A stretch of 64,000 bases of DNA. Source: Neophaeotheca triangularis. Lineage: Eukaryota. The position numbers and the translations under genes were made by a program. The notes under the pieces were generated by a model. It saw only the letters and a program-made list of their open reading frames with translations, did not search any database and had not been told where the DNA came from. This document shows positions 11,750-23,045 of the stretch, piece after piece (positions within the stretch are counted from its first letter, which is position 1; each line of letters starts with the position of its first letter). Where the stretch lies: NCBI GenBank assembly GCA_054600435.1, contig BAAIJX010000034.1, positions 62,001-126,000 of the forward strand, in the 5' to 3' direction.

Positions 11750-12362
11750 ATGGGCCAAACGAACAGTACTAGCGACCGCACGGCTGCGCATCGTACGCTG
11801 TCTGGCATTCTCCCGCCCTTACAAAAGATGGAATACAATGAGAGTTGGATGAACGTTGATAAGGGATGGAAAGTCTTTAGTGATGTTCAAGACAGAGACC
11901 AGTTCATCGGTCAGTAATCGGTCATGCAGCTATCCCCGACCGTGATGCTTCTCGATGACAAGAATAAGTCATGTGAGCACCAGGGTGCGGTGCGATGTTA
12001 GTGCTAACGAAGCAAAACCGGCAGACGCTCTCCTCACCGTTGCAACCGGAAACGGCGCTCTCTCGCTGCCTGACCTCGTCCGGAACCACTCATTCAAGCT
12101 GCTGTACTCCCGCCAGCCCGTCGACGGTTCCGCGCATAAAACGGTCGCAGCTCTGGTAGCTATCGATGACAACGGCACTGTTCGGGCGAAGATCGAGCCG
12201 AAAGAGGGAGGTGTAGATCAACGAGAGGCTTTTGTTAAGTTCAGAGAGCATGTGGAAGTTCGGCTAGGTGAGATTCTGAGGGATGTAAGAGGGGAGATGG
12301 GAGGCGGAGCCAAGGACGAAGCACCGCCGAGCTATGGTGAAGTGGGAGGGAAGAAGGCATAG
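11750..12362 (+). CDS. Small hypothetical protein (about 165 aa, one intron) with an N-terminal MGxxxS motif and a C-terminal PPxY motif
   Basis: ATG at 11750 (MGQTNSTSDR...). Intron 11910-12024 (GTCAGT..GCTAAC..CAG) joins in frame to the 11955-12362 ORF (..DQFI-D-ALLTVATG..DEAPPSYGEVGGKKA*). Confidence 0.7.
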
Positions 12363-12885
12363 GCGAGTGCGGTTGCGGCCACCCCGGTCAAGGGCTGCTT
12401 CTCGGGTTGGCAGCACATCTGAATTGATTCTTCACGAGTCGTGACTCCAATCGACTAACAACGCATTTGGTTTGAATTGTAAGATCAGCTAAATCAGAAG
12501 AACAAATTTACTCACTCGTGCGCAGAACGCGCAGCAGGTACCAGCGCCCAAGCAGCTACAACGAGATTCCTTCCTCACCGGTGAAGCGTCTGCGCGAATC
12601 AGAAGGTTGCATGGCTTCATATACTAAGCGAGACGCGCCAGCCTTCAGCCGTATGCACTTCGCCTGAGCTGGCACAGCAGAGCTCTGGGCATGATGTTCA
12701 AAGACACTGATGGGACTGCTGCTATCCTGGAGACTTCTACTTCTGCAGTCGTCGACTCTGTTCAGCTCTGCCGACTTTCTGCTCCGACGACTCTGCTTTG
12801 AAGAGAGCGCGCTTCCATATCTTATGGCCTCCGTTACCCGCCGTCATCTACTCCAAGGGAAAGCGACTCCAAGGATTCGCGCGCT

Positions 12886-15800
12886 ATGGAAGATTCAAGG
12901 GCACCAAGGGAGCAAGCCCCATCCCCACTCCAGAATACCAGCTGGTCCAGGCGCTCGTCGGTGGTATCGGATCTCGACGAGACCCAAACTGGGCTCTTGA
13001 GCGAATCTACCGCAAGCCGTCATCGTAGCGCGCAAACCTCGCAAGCAAGCTACCTGCCTGAACTACCATTCAGCAGCTTTGACTTCGACGACGACGCTAG
13101 CGACATCGCGAGCGGCTCAAAGTCTCGAGAGTACGCGCGCGGCAACCACCAGGAATACTCAAACCCTGTTCACCCTACGTTTACGAGCTCTCACCTCGGC
13201 GACACCCATGGGGGTGCTCTTGGCCCTGCCGCTTCATCTCACGATGCAGTTCAGCTTCAGCCTTCCGACCCGAACCGACGCTCGTCAACGACAACGTTTA
13301 CAAGCAGCGACCAGATCGACCAATCTAGGCTCGATCAGCTTCTCCCAGTCTCGAAAAACAAGGAGCAACACTCCGATTTACCCAAGTATTGGAATCCTTT
13401 CTGGCTACGAAAATGTACCCTGCTCGCTTTGGCAGCATTGTTCGCCAGCTTTGCTGCTGCGCTGATTGTGCTCTGGCAGATGAACGAATCACTCAATGGC
13501 TTTCGTCTAACTGTTTCCACGAACCACTATGCTCGGACCTACGGACCGACTGCTGTCCTGACCGTAGTACTCAGCTTCTGGCGTCAGGTCGACTACCATT
13601 GTAAGATGTTGCAGCCCTGGCACAATCTACGAAGAGGCCCAACGGACGCCGACCGCAGTTTGCTGCTTGACTATCTTTCGCCTATACATCTTACGAGTTT
13701 GTATCGAGCGGCGCGCTACAAGAATGGACCCGTCGTGGCGACCATCTTGGGATTCTTGATACTCAAGGTGGTTAACCTTTTTTCTACTGGTCTTCTTGAC
13801 CTTGCGCCTGTGTCCGTATTCGAGCCGTATCCCGTCACGTTCACGACGAAGTTCGATCCAAACAGTATCTGGGATACTGCAGGACATGCTGAAGTCAGAG
13901 TGTCTTCAAACTCCAACCCCAGGGCGGCGTACGACAACATATCATCGTCACCAGTCCACGCCTATGTCAACTCGTTGGAGGAGAACACTGTGGCCACTGC
14001 GGGCATCAAAGAAAAGATTGCTTTCCAGTCATTTCAATCCGCCCCCGGGTCTGACCTTACCAGTATCTCCGTAGCAGGGCTTTCACTCATCCCCAATATA
14101 TCGTGCGAAATCGCAACGTCAACACCACAATTGGGCGGGAGTAATCAGCTACTAGTCCGGCTTGACAGCGCTACGTGCCTCCTTGGAGCAGACGACTTGT
14201 TTGTCATGCGGGCCCAATACTGCGGAGGTCCGGCGCCATGTCGTCCGCCGGATTACTCAGACCGTATGAAGCACAACGTTTGGCGGGTCAATTGCTCCGA
14301 TACCGATGATTCACTGGAGGAATCAAGCGAGGTTGATGCTAGTACACCGTACGACCTGCGTTTCGCAATGATGGTCAGCGACTTGCGTCGAATGAATTTG
14401 ACCTTTGATCTCTCAGCCGAAAACTCGGATTCACCCCCCAACCAAATGGCATGGGACGAATTGACGAAAGTCCAAATGTCCGCCGTAATCTGTAAGATTG
14501 ACTATTGGATGCAGTTGTATGAAATACAGCGAGATTTCACGGACAACACTTACGACGTGAGCCCAATCCCATCGGAACCACGGCGGCACTTTGCCAATCT
14601 TACGGGCCTCATGTTTGGGGAGCTGGTTTATGCGGCTATCGATGCAGCAGACAGCTTCGCTATCGTCGGGGACGATGATACATCACCCCTTATTCCACTT
14701 CTTCCACGGATCCTGGACGGAGAGCAATCGATGGAACGTCTCCTTGAGCCCGAGGTTCTGCGGTCAACCGCAATCCAGACATGGTCCAGGATTGGCGCCC
14801 ACTTTGCTCACGAAAACTTCTTCTTGAGAGATGGCGGTGTCGAAGTGATGGGCAACGCAACACGGGTCGAAGACAGGCTTCTCATCAGAGCGGCTTCCCT
14901 CTGGACAATGGTAGCGGGACTTCTGGTGGTCACTGCACTCTCACTATGCCTCGCTTTTGCAGCGCCTCGCGACAGTGTGCTGAGAGACCCAGGTCTGATC
15001 TCTTCAGATGCTGTTGTCTTAGCTTCGAGTCCAAGTCTCCAAAGTTTTCTGATGCGAGCCGGCACGGGCGATCTGCGCACAAGCCAGATCCGCGCTCTGC
15101 TTCATGACTGGAGGTTCTGTACGCGTGTCGACGAGGTAATGATTGTGAATTGTCTACACAATGAACAATCTGGGAGGTCTGAGACGCCCAAGCAAAAGTC
15201 ACGAGACTGGGTTCCATTTCCTGCCAGACATGATATCATGCTCCTGACCTTGGCTTTACCACTCGTTACAACGATCGTTTTGGAGATTTTGTATCGTGTG
15301 TCATTCGACAACAAGGGTTTGGTGGACGTCTCCGGATTCGAAAACGAAGCTTCGTACCTTTCGCGCTATAGCTCTGCGCTGGTTGCTCTGCTAGTCGCGA
15401 CTTGTTTCAACAATCTTGATTTTACGACCGCTTCTTTCACGCCGTTTGATTTGCTGCAGAGGGGCAGGGCACCTGCTAACAGAAGCATGAACCTTCGTAT
15501 CCTTGGGGCGCTTCCACCCGCAGCGCTGTTGCGGTCGATGCGGAGTAGGCACGCGGGTTCATACTTCTCAGGTACCGCCGGCACCATTGGCAGTGTTCTC
15601 ACCATGGTCGCCTCCGGTCTATGGGTCGTGGATAGAACAGTGATCGTCAACCAGCCCGTAGCGGCTTCGCTGTCCAGTAAATGGGATCTTGGGTGGACAA
15701 ACAGCTCACGATCCGGAGACAATGGAGCGGGAGTCCTGTTTGACCGGATACAACACGGCAGTGCGAGCAATCCGACAAGTATCCATAATTCAACGGTAAT

Positions 15801-17343
15801 CCCGGATATCATGATCATGGAACCGCCGGCAGACTTTTCCGTCGAGTTTGACAACCATTCTAGCGTCGCTCCTTTCGCGTCCACGCGAAACTATACCTTC
15901 TCAGTGGACGGCTTGCGCCCGTATCTCAGCTGCCAAACTATCGAGGACGAGCACACGGCACTATCCCGTGAATACGAACCCGGGAGGGATGTCAGACTGG
16001 TTGTGGAAGCCTTTCCACCGGTCCCTTTTAGCTGCCAGCGTGCTGAATCGGGTCGGACGACCACTAATTACACCTTCAAATCCGTCCATATCGTTGCTGA
16101 AAACGAATCTTCGTCCCATTCAGCATATCTTGGAAGATTCTACGACCTTCACTTGGGACCATTTGAAGGGTCTTTTGGTGACGCGGGGGGCATAGTGCCA
16201 GAATTCGGCGAACATGAGTTCAATATTCCTCTTCGAGACAACCCAGCAGGGTGCCCCACAATCGGCGCCTTTTTGACCCGAGTCTCGCATGACACAATGG
16301 ATTTTGAAGACGTCACCGCGATACTTTGCTCGCAAATGATACAGCAGGTGCAAGTTAGCGTGTTGTACAATGCTCTAGACCCGAAAAACCCAACGCCAAG
16401 CATAGAGACAGCTCCGGAAATCATGGAGAACTCGGCCAGGAACCTCACGAATGGTACTGATGGCATCGAAACATTCCCGTTTCGAGTTCAGACGTACCTT
16501 CAAAAAGACGGGAGTAGCACTATCGGTAACCTAACGAACTTCGTTGGTTCGACCGAGGGTTCTCTTGATGGATTCATGGATCATCTCATCCATAGTCCAA
16601 ACAGCACTGCGGCAATTGACTTGGTCGGCGACGCCAATGAAGATAAGTTTATCGATGCTGTGAGCAATCTGTATGCTAAGTACATGTGTCTTGTGATCGA
16701 CATGCGATTTCGCACATCGGTCGCTGGAGACGAGATTGCTGCGGTAGAGGGTGACGAAGGTTATTTGGTTGGCACTGCGGAAGCTTTCTCGTCGAGATTG
16801 CAGCTGAATTATGCATCCAAGCTTACGATACAGATAATGTTGGGTGTCATGAATTTACTCGGAGCGTGCACATATCTGCTTTCCAATTTGAGAGGTAGTC
16901 TTCCGAGAAAACCGACTTCAATCGGGAGTCGCATGGCTCTGCTGGCCGGGTCGGATGTTTGCGATGAGCGGAAAGGACTGTTGCCGCCAGAGGCTGTGCG
17001 CATGAGCGACAAGGAGCTTGACAGGATGTTTGACGGGTGGTTTTTCAGTCTGGGGTGGTGGAAACGATCTATGACGAGCCTCGACCGAGACACAGCCAGC
17101 GAAGGAGAAGGTGCTCGTGATGCTCTTCACGAGCGAACAAATTCTGGCAATGCCGACAGCGCAATAGACAGAGAAGATCTTCTGCGGGACGGCGGATCTG
17201 GCAGGAAGGCTGTTGTCGAAAAGGTGGAGGAACTGGACCGTGGGAGATTTGGTATCGACGTTGGCATCCCAGAGAAGCTAGGTTTCCGCGAAACGAAGCG
17301 ATGGGTTTTGCGACGAAGATTCGCGCGAAAGAGCGATGCTTGA
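12886..17343 (+). CDS. Large multi-pass membrane protein with tandem DUF3433-type repeats
   Basis: 1485-aa intronless ORF with two related modules (YWNPFWLR..TM..YGPTAVLTVV..WRQVDY..LQPW..L.RGP..ADRSLLLDY and WVPF..TM..RYSSALV..NLDF..FTPFDLLQRG.APA.RSMNL), many N-x-S/T sites, and a C-terminal LPRKPTSIGSRMALLAGS..FSLGWW..FGIDVG. Confidence 0.75.
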   Translation: MEDSRAPREQAPSPLQNTSWSRRSSVVSDLDETQTGLLSESTASRHRSAQTSQASYLPELPFSSFDFDDDASDIASGSKSREYARGNHQEYSNPVHPTFTSSHLGDTHGGALGPAASSHDAVQLQPSDPNRRSSTTTFTSSDQIDQSRLDQLLPVSKNKEQHSDLPKYWNPFWLRKCTLLALAALFASFAAALIVLWQMNESLNGFRLTVSTNHYARTYGPTAVLTVVLSFWRQVDYHCKMLQPWHNLRRGPTDADRSLLLDYLSPIHLTSLYRAARYKNGPVVATILGFLILKVVNLFSTGLLDLAPVSVFEPYPVTFTTKFDPNSIWDTAGHAEVRVSSNSNPRAAYDNISSSPVHAYVNSLEENTVATAGIKEKIAFQSFQSAPGSDLTSISVAGLSLIPNISCEIATSTPQLGGSNQLLVRLDSATCLLGADDLFVMRAQYCGGPAPCRPPDYSDRMKHNVWRVNCSDTDDSLEESSEVDASTPYDLRFAMMVSDLRRMNLTFDLSAENSDSPPNQMAWDELTKVQMSAVICKIDYWMQLYEIQRDFTDNTYDVSPIPSEPRRHFANLTGLMFGELVYAAIDAADSFAIVGDDDTSPLIPLLPRILDGEQSMERLLEPEVLRSTAIQTWSRIGAHFAHENFFLRDGGVEVMGNATRVEDRLLIRAASLWTMVAGLLVVTALSLCLAFAAPRDSVLRDPGLISSDAVVLASSPSLQSFLMRAGTGDLRTSQIRALLHDWRFCTRVDEVMIVNCLHNEQSGRSETPKQKSRDWVPFPARHDIMLLTLALPLVTTIVLEILYRVSFDNKGLVDVSGFENEASYLSRYSSALVALLVATCFNNLDFTTASFTPFDLLQRGRAPANRSMNLRILGALPPAALLRSMRSRHAGSYFSGTAGTIGSVLTMVASGLWVVDRTVIVNQPVAASLSSKWDLGWTNSSRSGDNGAGVLFDRIQHGSASNPTSIHNSTVIPDIMIMEPPADFSVEFDNHSSVAPFASTRNYTFSVDGLRPYLSCQTIEDEHTALSREYEPGRDVRLVVEAFPPVPFSCQRAESGRTTTNYTFKSVHIVAENESSSHSAYLGRFYDLHLGPFEGSFGDAGGIVPEFGEHEFNIPLRDNPAGCPTIGAFLTRVSHDTMDFEDVTAILCSQMIQQVQVSVLYNALDPKNPTPSIETAPEIMENSARNLTNGTDGIETFPFRVQTYLQKDGSSTIGNLTNFVGSTEGSLDGFMDHLIHSPNSTAAIDLVGDANEDKFIDAVSNLYAKYMCLVIDMRFRTSVAGDEIAAVEGDEGYLVGTAEAFSSRLQLNYASKLTIQIMLGVMNLLGACTYLLSNLRGSLPRKPTSIGSRMALLAGSDVCDERKGLLPPEAVRMSDKELDRMFDGWFFSLGWWKRSMTSLDRDTASEGEGARDALHERTNSGNADSAIDREDLLRDGGSGRKAVVEKVEELDRGRFGIDVGIPEKLGFRETKRWVLRRRFARKSDA

Positions 17344-19039
17344 TTATCTTTCGAGGTACCGCGATAAAGAGGATCAGCTGGAATTCTGCCCCCTGTGCAG
17401 AAACGATCGGTGGTTTGCGCAGGCATTCTTTTCAACTGTCTTTACGGATCCTGGAGCAGTGTAGGCACGCGAGTACAGAGCGTCGGGGCAAGACGAGGGT
17501 TCTCGGCAAGGTATCGCATTGCGTGCAGATGGGGCCGACTGCCTGACTGTGTGATGGCGTGTGTGACTCTCGAGTCTTGACTGGGTTGAGTAGCTAAGTT
17601 ATTGAGTTGATACTGACTTGTGTTCGCCGACCTACAGGTCGCTCGTGATTTAACGTTAGTCATCTACGACTTTTCCTCCCCCTGATCGGGGAACTCAACA
17701 CAAGATGCGCACTCCCGCACAGGTCCAACGTTCTCTGAACTCATGACCAGCTCTAACGCGAAGTACTCTTGTAGACGGTCAAATATATTCGTCTCGGGTA
17801 CCCTCAGCGGCTTACCCCACGAGAATTGGAATGATTTTGTGGATATCCCATGCCGACGTTGATTCCAAGCTCCTTATAGCCAGCAGGGTTTTTCCTAAAA
17901 GTCTCGGCCTCCGTGCCTAGGTTCTGGGCACCACGAGAACTAAGGCCTTGGCGTGGTAAGAACCCTAAGATTTAGGCTTGTTCCTGAGCCTGGTAGGCTT
18001 AGGTAGGTTGTCTCCTCATCTTATTACTACTCGCATAGCTGCCGCAGCCGTGCCCCGTGAAATTCTTGTCCTGAAGGAAAATCGATAGACAAAGGTCTCG
18101 AGTGACACGGGTATCAAAGACCTTTCGCTAACCAATGTTCGGCTTCTCACATCTTTCTGCGATGAGTATGTTGTCTTTTGGAAGACGGCCGAAGATGAAG
18201 TAGTAGAGTTGGAACCCGGAATGCCAGTTGCGGAAGATGTTTATCGCCCGCCGGAACCTAGCCAATTATGAAGTAATACCCGATGGCGTTAGTTACCGCC
18301 AGAACCCGGTTTACGCCTTACGCCGATGTTACGATACACGGATGGGGATGTGAATGTGGAGGCGCGGGCAAGACTTTTCAGCCCGTGGGCAACATGTGGG
18401 TTGCCCACTTTCACTCAGCAAAACTTACGAGCGGCGCGCGGTTCCCACAGCATGCTCCACTTCCAAGGAGGATGTCGGACTTTGAGGGAAAGATTTGGTA
18501 AAGACACGGAAGACTTAAAGCAAAAAAGGCAAAAAGTGATGCAATCTGTCACTGACAGTGTCGGCAAAGTCCCCAAGTATCGTAACGGAATGCGTTCGAC
18601 GCGGCTCGTCCGTCGAAAAAGGCTCAATTGATCTCGGAACGGCTATTGAAAGGAACATGCTGCTAGCCATGGTTTTGCGCTCACGGGCAGGCGGTAATGG
18701 CCACGACGATGCTACCACATGGCGCAGTAGCGACGAGAGCGTGCTTCTCGGTGCTTGTACCGCGATTTCACAAGCACGTGGTCAAGGCCTCGTGCGGCTT
18801 CAACCTTGGTAGAAAGTTGGGGACCCCATGCGTGACCGTGGCAGAACACCGGGCTCCTAACAAGTTCCGAGAATAAGGGGTCTAAAGGGCGTACATTTAA
18901 GATGTTAGGGTGCGCCTCTATACTCGTCTTCAGACTCGACTCTCTTTCAGCTATCGAGTTCTACTCCATCCTCACCAAATACGTCGCGCGGGCCTCCCTA
19001 TCTTGGCTCTACGCCCTCACCCCTCTAAACACTTTCACC

Positions 19040-20799
19040 ATGGCGGGCGGTGCAGCTCTCAACATCTTCTCCATGAAGTCGGCGGGAATGCCCAAGCAGG
19101 TACTTAACTGGCGACTCTGGCTTGCTGTGTTCACATTCGGTCTTCTTGGTGCTGCCCGAGGTGTAGACGAAGGACTCATCACTGGCGTTTTCAACACGGA
19201 TGCTTTCAAAGAGCACCTCGGTATCGAGAATCTCAGCGCTTCGGAGCTCGCAGACGTCAAGGGCAACGTCTCCTCCATGGTCCAGCTTGGCAGCATCCCA
19301 GGAGCTCTGCTGTAAGTAACTCGATGTAAGTCTTGTTCGAGGGTGGTATACTGACCTCTACGTAGCGCTTTCTTCGCCTGCGACTACCTTGGCCGCGTGT
19401 GGGCAACACGTCAACTGTGCGTCCTATGGCTCATTGGCATTGCCATCATGATGGGAAATAACGGCAGCATGGCCGCTGTGTATTTCGGTCGCTTCCTTGC
19501 AGGGATTGGCATTGGCGAGACTGTCGTCGTCGGTCCCGTTTACCTGTCCGAAATTGCCCCAGCGCCCATTCGTGGGCTGTGTACTTGCGCTTTCACTGGA
19601 TCCGTCTACCTCGGCATTTTGATTGCATACTTCGCCAACTATGGCTGCGAAGTCAATATGGGAGATGTACCTGCTCGATGGGTAAGCCGAAGGCACTTGA
19701 GAACCTTCTTGCGACATACTGACACCGTTGTCAGCTTGTACCAACTTCAGTCCACATCATGTTCGGCGTCGTCGTTCTTCTCATGTCCCTTACAGCCATC
19801 GAATCTCCGCGCCACCTTATCCGAGTCGGCAAACACGAGGATGCACTAAAGGCGATGGCCAAGCTCCGTGGCATGGAAACCACCGACCCGTACGTTCTCC
19901 GTGAAATCCAGGAAATTGAGGCATCCTATCAGCACGAACAAGAGGCCACCCTTGGCATCGGCTGGAAAGGTACGGTTAAGGAAATCTTCACGATCCGGCG
20001 CAACTCCTACCGACTCTTCTTGACAAACCTTGCGCAACTACTCGCCTGCTGGTCAGGCGGCTCTAGCATCACCGTATACGCCGCGGACCTCTTCGCAATC
20101 GTCGGGATTGATGGCGAGGAACAGGCTCTTCTCTCGACTGCCATCTTCGGTGTCGTGAAATTCGTCGCTTCGGTCGTGTGCGCTCTCTTTCTCGTGGACA
20201 CCCTCGGTCGCAAGCGCTCGCTAGTCATTGGCATAACGCTCCAGACGATCGCTTTCTTCTACGTCGCCATCTTCCTCAACATCGTTCCGATCGCGAAGAA
20301 TCCGGATTATCAGGTCACCGCTTCGGAGCAAGCAGCCTCAACCGGCGCCATCGCTATGATATACATCAGTGGCTGCGGGTGGGCATTAGGATGGAATAGC
20401 GGACAGTATTTGCTCTCTAGCGAGCTGTTCCCGCTCCGCATTCGTGCCGTCTGCTCGTCCATCACGATGGCGATGCATTTCATCGGCCAGTACACCACCA
20501 ACAAAGCCCTGCCTAGCATGCTGCTCTTCGACGGAGGTCTCACGCCTTCTGGCACCTTCTACTTCTTCGGCACAATGTCCATCATCGGCGGCATCTGGGT
20601 GTGGCTGTGCGTTCCGGAAGCCGCCGGTCGCAGTCTGGAGAGCATTGACAAGCTCTTTGATCTACCTTGGTACAAGATCGGGTTGTACGGAAGATCGATT
20701 GCCGAGCAGTACGATCGGGAGATGGAGATGGAGATGGACGAGGTCGATGAGCAGAAGCAGGGTAACAAGGGCCCTCATGTTGTACATACTGAAGGTTGA
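19040..20799 (+). CDS. MFS sugar porter, quinate permease (QutD)-like
   Basis: LNWRLWLAVFTFGLLGAARGVDEGLI, GRFLAGIGIG, PVYLSEIAPAPIRG, ESPRHL, VDTLGRKRSL, SELFPLRIR and VPEAAGRSLE. Introns 19312-19365 and 19682-19734 restore the frame. Confidence 0.92.
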
Positions 20800-21529
20800 G
20801 ATCTAGGGTGTAGTATAGTGGAAAGATCGTAGTGATTTCCTAGTGGCCAAGCAATCGTTTCTAGACTCTAGTACAAGTCAAGTCCGGTTCGGTTCAAGTA
20901 AAATTCAAGGTAACGTATTTAACTACCGAGTAGGGCATACTACCGAGTAGGGTAATTTTTCTACCCTTCCAACTAGGATTTATTATAACAAGAGCAATTT
21001 TAAAAAAAAAAATGTAGTGCAGTACAGCTCATTACAACAATATAGCTCCACAATTGTATTCTGCGGGGACCAAGCAAGCAGACTTCTTCTTCCGCCTCCA
21101 CATGCGGTACATGCTGCTTCTTCACAATCACAACAACCTGTGAAGACCCGGGCTTCCAACGAAACTTGCATACGAGCCCCAATCCAATCCTGTCGTCGTC
21201 ATTCGCTGTTGGTAAGTCGGCGTTTTTGATGCTACCGCGAAAGCGATCCAGTGTTAAGGTTGTATCAGCGAGATCGGCAATGGAATACAAGTCTAGCGTC
21301 ATACCGGGTGAGGAGTACCTTGTCTTGTCCATCTGGAGACGGACAAATTATTCTGCGTCTGTACAATTCCAAGTCCGTCTTGGGAGACCCGCACGCATAA
21401 CGTTATAGCCTGCCTCACCAGTCAAGATTGAGGCGCAAGTCTTATATATTCCAAGCTCTCGGAACAAGATGTCGGCGTTCTTGTACACTCTTCACTTTCT
21501 TTCATTGTTTTCGGAAGATATCTACCACC

Positions 21530-22923
21530 ATGATCACCAAAAGATACTCTGCCTGGGCTACGACCCTAATTCCCCTTCTTGCCTCTACTACCCTGGCAGC
21601 ACCGGCTGCTCGAGGCGATCCAAAGTCTAGAACCTGTACGGTGAAATCGTCAGACAGCAAGGAAGACGACACGCCAGCTATCCATTCCGCCTTTGAAGAC
21701 TGCTCCAACGGCGGCACTGTACTTTTCGAACATGGCGTCGACTACAACGTTTGGACACCTGTGGAAGCCACAGACCTCACGGACGTCACCATATCCGTAA
21801 AGGGTAACCTCCATCTGCCGAAAAACATATCCTATGTGCAAGGAATTGTCGCCGATCAAGACCTCCACGATTGGTTCTCCTTTGACGGCACCAACCTCAA
21901 CTACGAAGGCACAGGCGACATCAACAACGGCTGGATCTATTCCTACGGCCAGCAATGGTGGGATGCCAACCCCCCGGGCGAGACGGGCATTGACGACCGA
22001 CCACACCTAATGGCCTTGGACGTCAACGGCTGCAGCATCAGCCACTTCAAATCGCGCAAACCCATAGCCTGGGGTCTCATGATCAACGGCCAGGACGTCA
22101 CAATCACCGACACCATCATCGACGCCGAAAGCACGGGCGGCTTCCCCTTCAACACCGACGGCATCGGCATCAAAGCCCGCAACGTCTCCATCGACAACTT
22201 CAGCATCAACAACGGCGACGACGCCATCGCCGTGACCAGCGGCGCCAACAACGTCCGCGTCTCCCACGGCGCCATCGGCTACCAATCCCACGGCCTCTCC
22301 ATCGGCAGCCTCGGCAGCAACCAGGCCCGTTTCGCAAACGTCACCGACATCCACTTCGACGACATCACCGTCAGCGACGCCCTGTACGCTTCGCGCATCA
22401 AGACCTGGCAGGGCGGCCAGGGCATCGCCGAGGACATTACCTGGAGCAACATCTTCGTCTACAACGTCACTTTCCCCATTTTCGTCACGCAGACGTACAT
22501 CGATCAAGGCAATGCCGGTGACGAGCGGCCTAACAACAGCTCGGTGATCATGAAAGGTCTGGAGTGGAGGAACTTCACCGGCTCAGTCAATACCTTCCAG
22601 CCGGGAGACGGGAGCTGCGTGACCGATGTACGTATCCAACCAAGCCCCTGCCACCAATCCCATACTCGACGAATGACTGCTGACACCCAAACTAGCCCTG
22701 CTGGTACGACGTCGGCCTCCCCGACCTGCAGCACACTGAAGCCGTCATCATCGAGTGCAACACCGACGACTCCTGTTCTGACTTCGTTTTGGAAAATATC
22801 CAGCTCTTCCCGCAGAGTCTAGAAGCGCCTTCGCAGATTTGTTTCAATGCCACGGCCGGGTCGAATCCGGAATTGGGGATTGACTGCAGGAATGGCACGT
22901 TCGTTGCCAGTGAGTACCTGTAG
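21530..22923 (+). CDS. pgxC: Secreted GH28 exo-polygalacturonase (PgxC-like)
   Basis: Signal peptide [23 protein letters not shown]. All four GH28 motifs are present (NTDG, GDD, SHG, RIK). Intron 22628-22696 (GTACGT..CTGAC..TAG) leads to [29 protein letters not shown], which resembles the Aspergillus PgxC C-terminus. Stop TAG at 22921-22923. Confidence 0.88.
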
Positions 22924-23045
22924 GCTTTGCTTGATGGTTCTATAGAGTTATATTACTCCAATTAAAATTAATGCCACCGGTAAGGAGGGTTTAGGCCCTC
23001 CCTGAGATTGTTTGCCACTGTACCGATCACACGACTTCCGTCTTT

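Noticed and set aside
22984..23001. Hairpin GGAGGG-TTTAGG-CCCTCC between convergent pgxC and TDP1
   Set aside because: A 6-bp stem is expected by chance, and it is not a telomeric array or a recognisable element.
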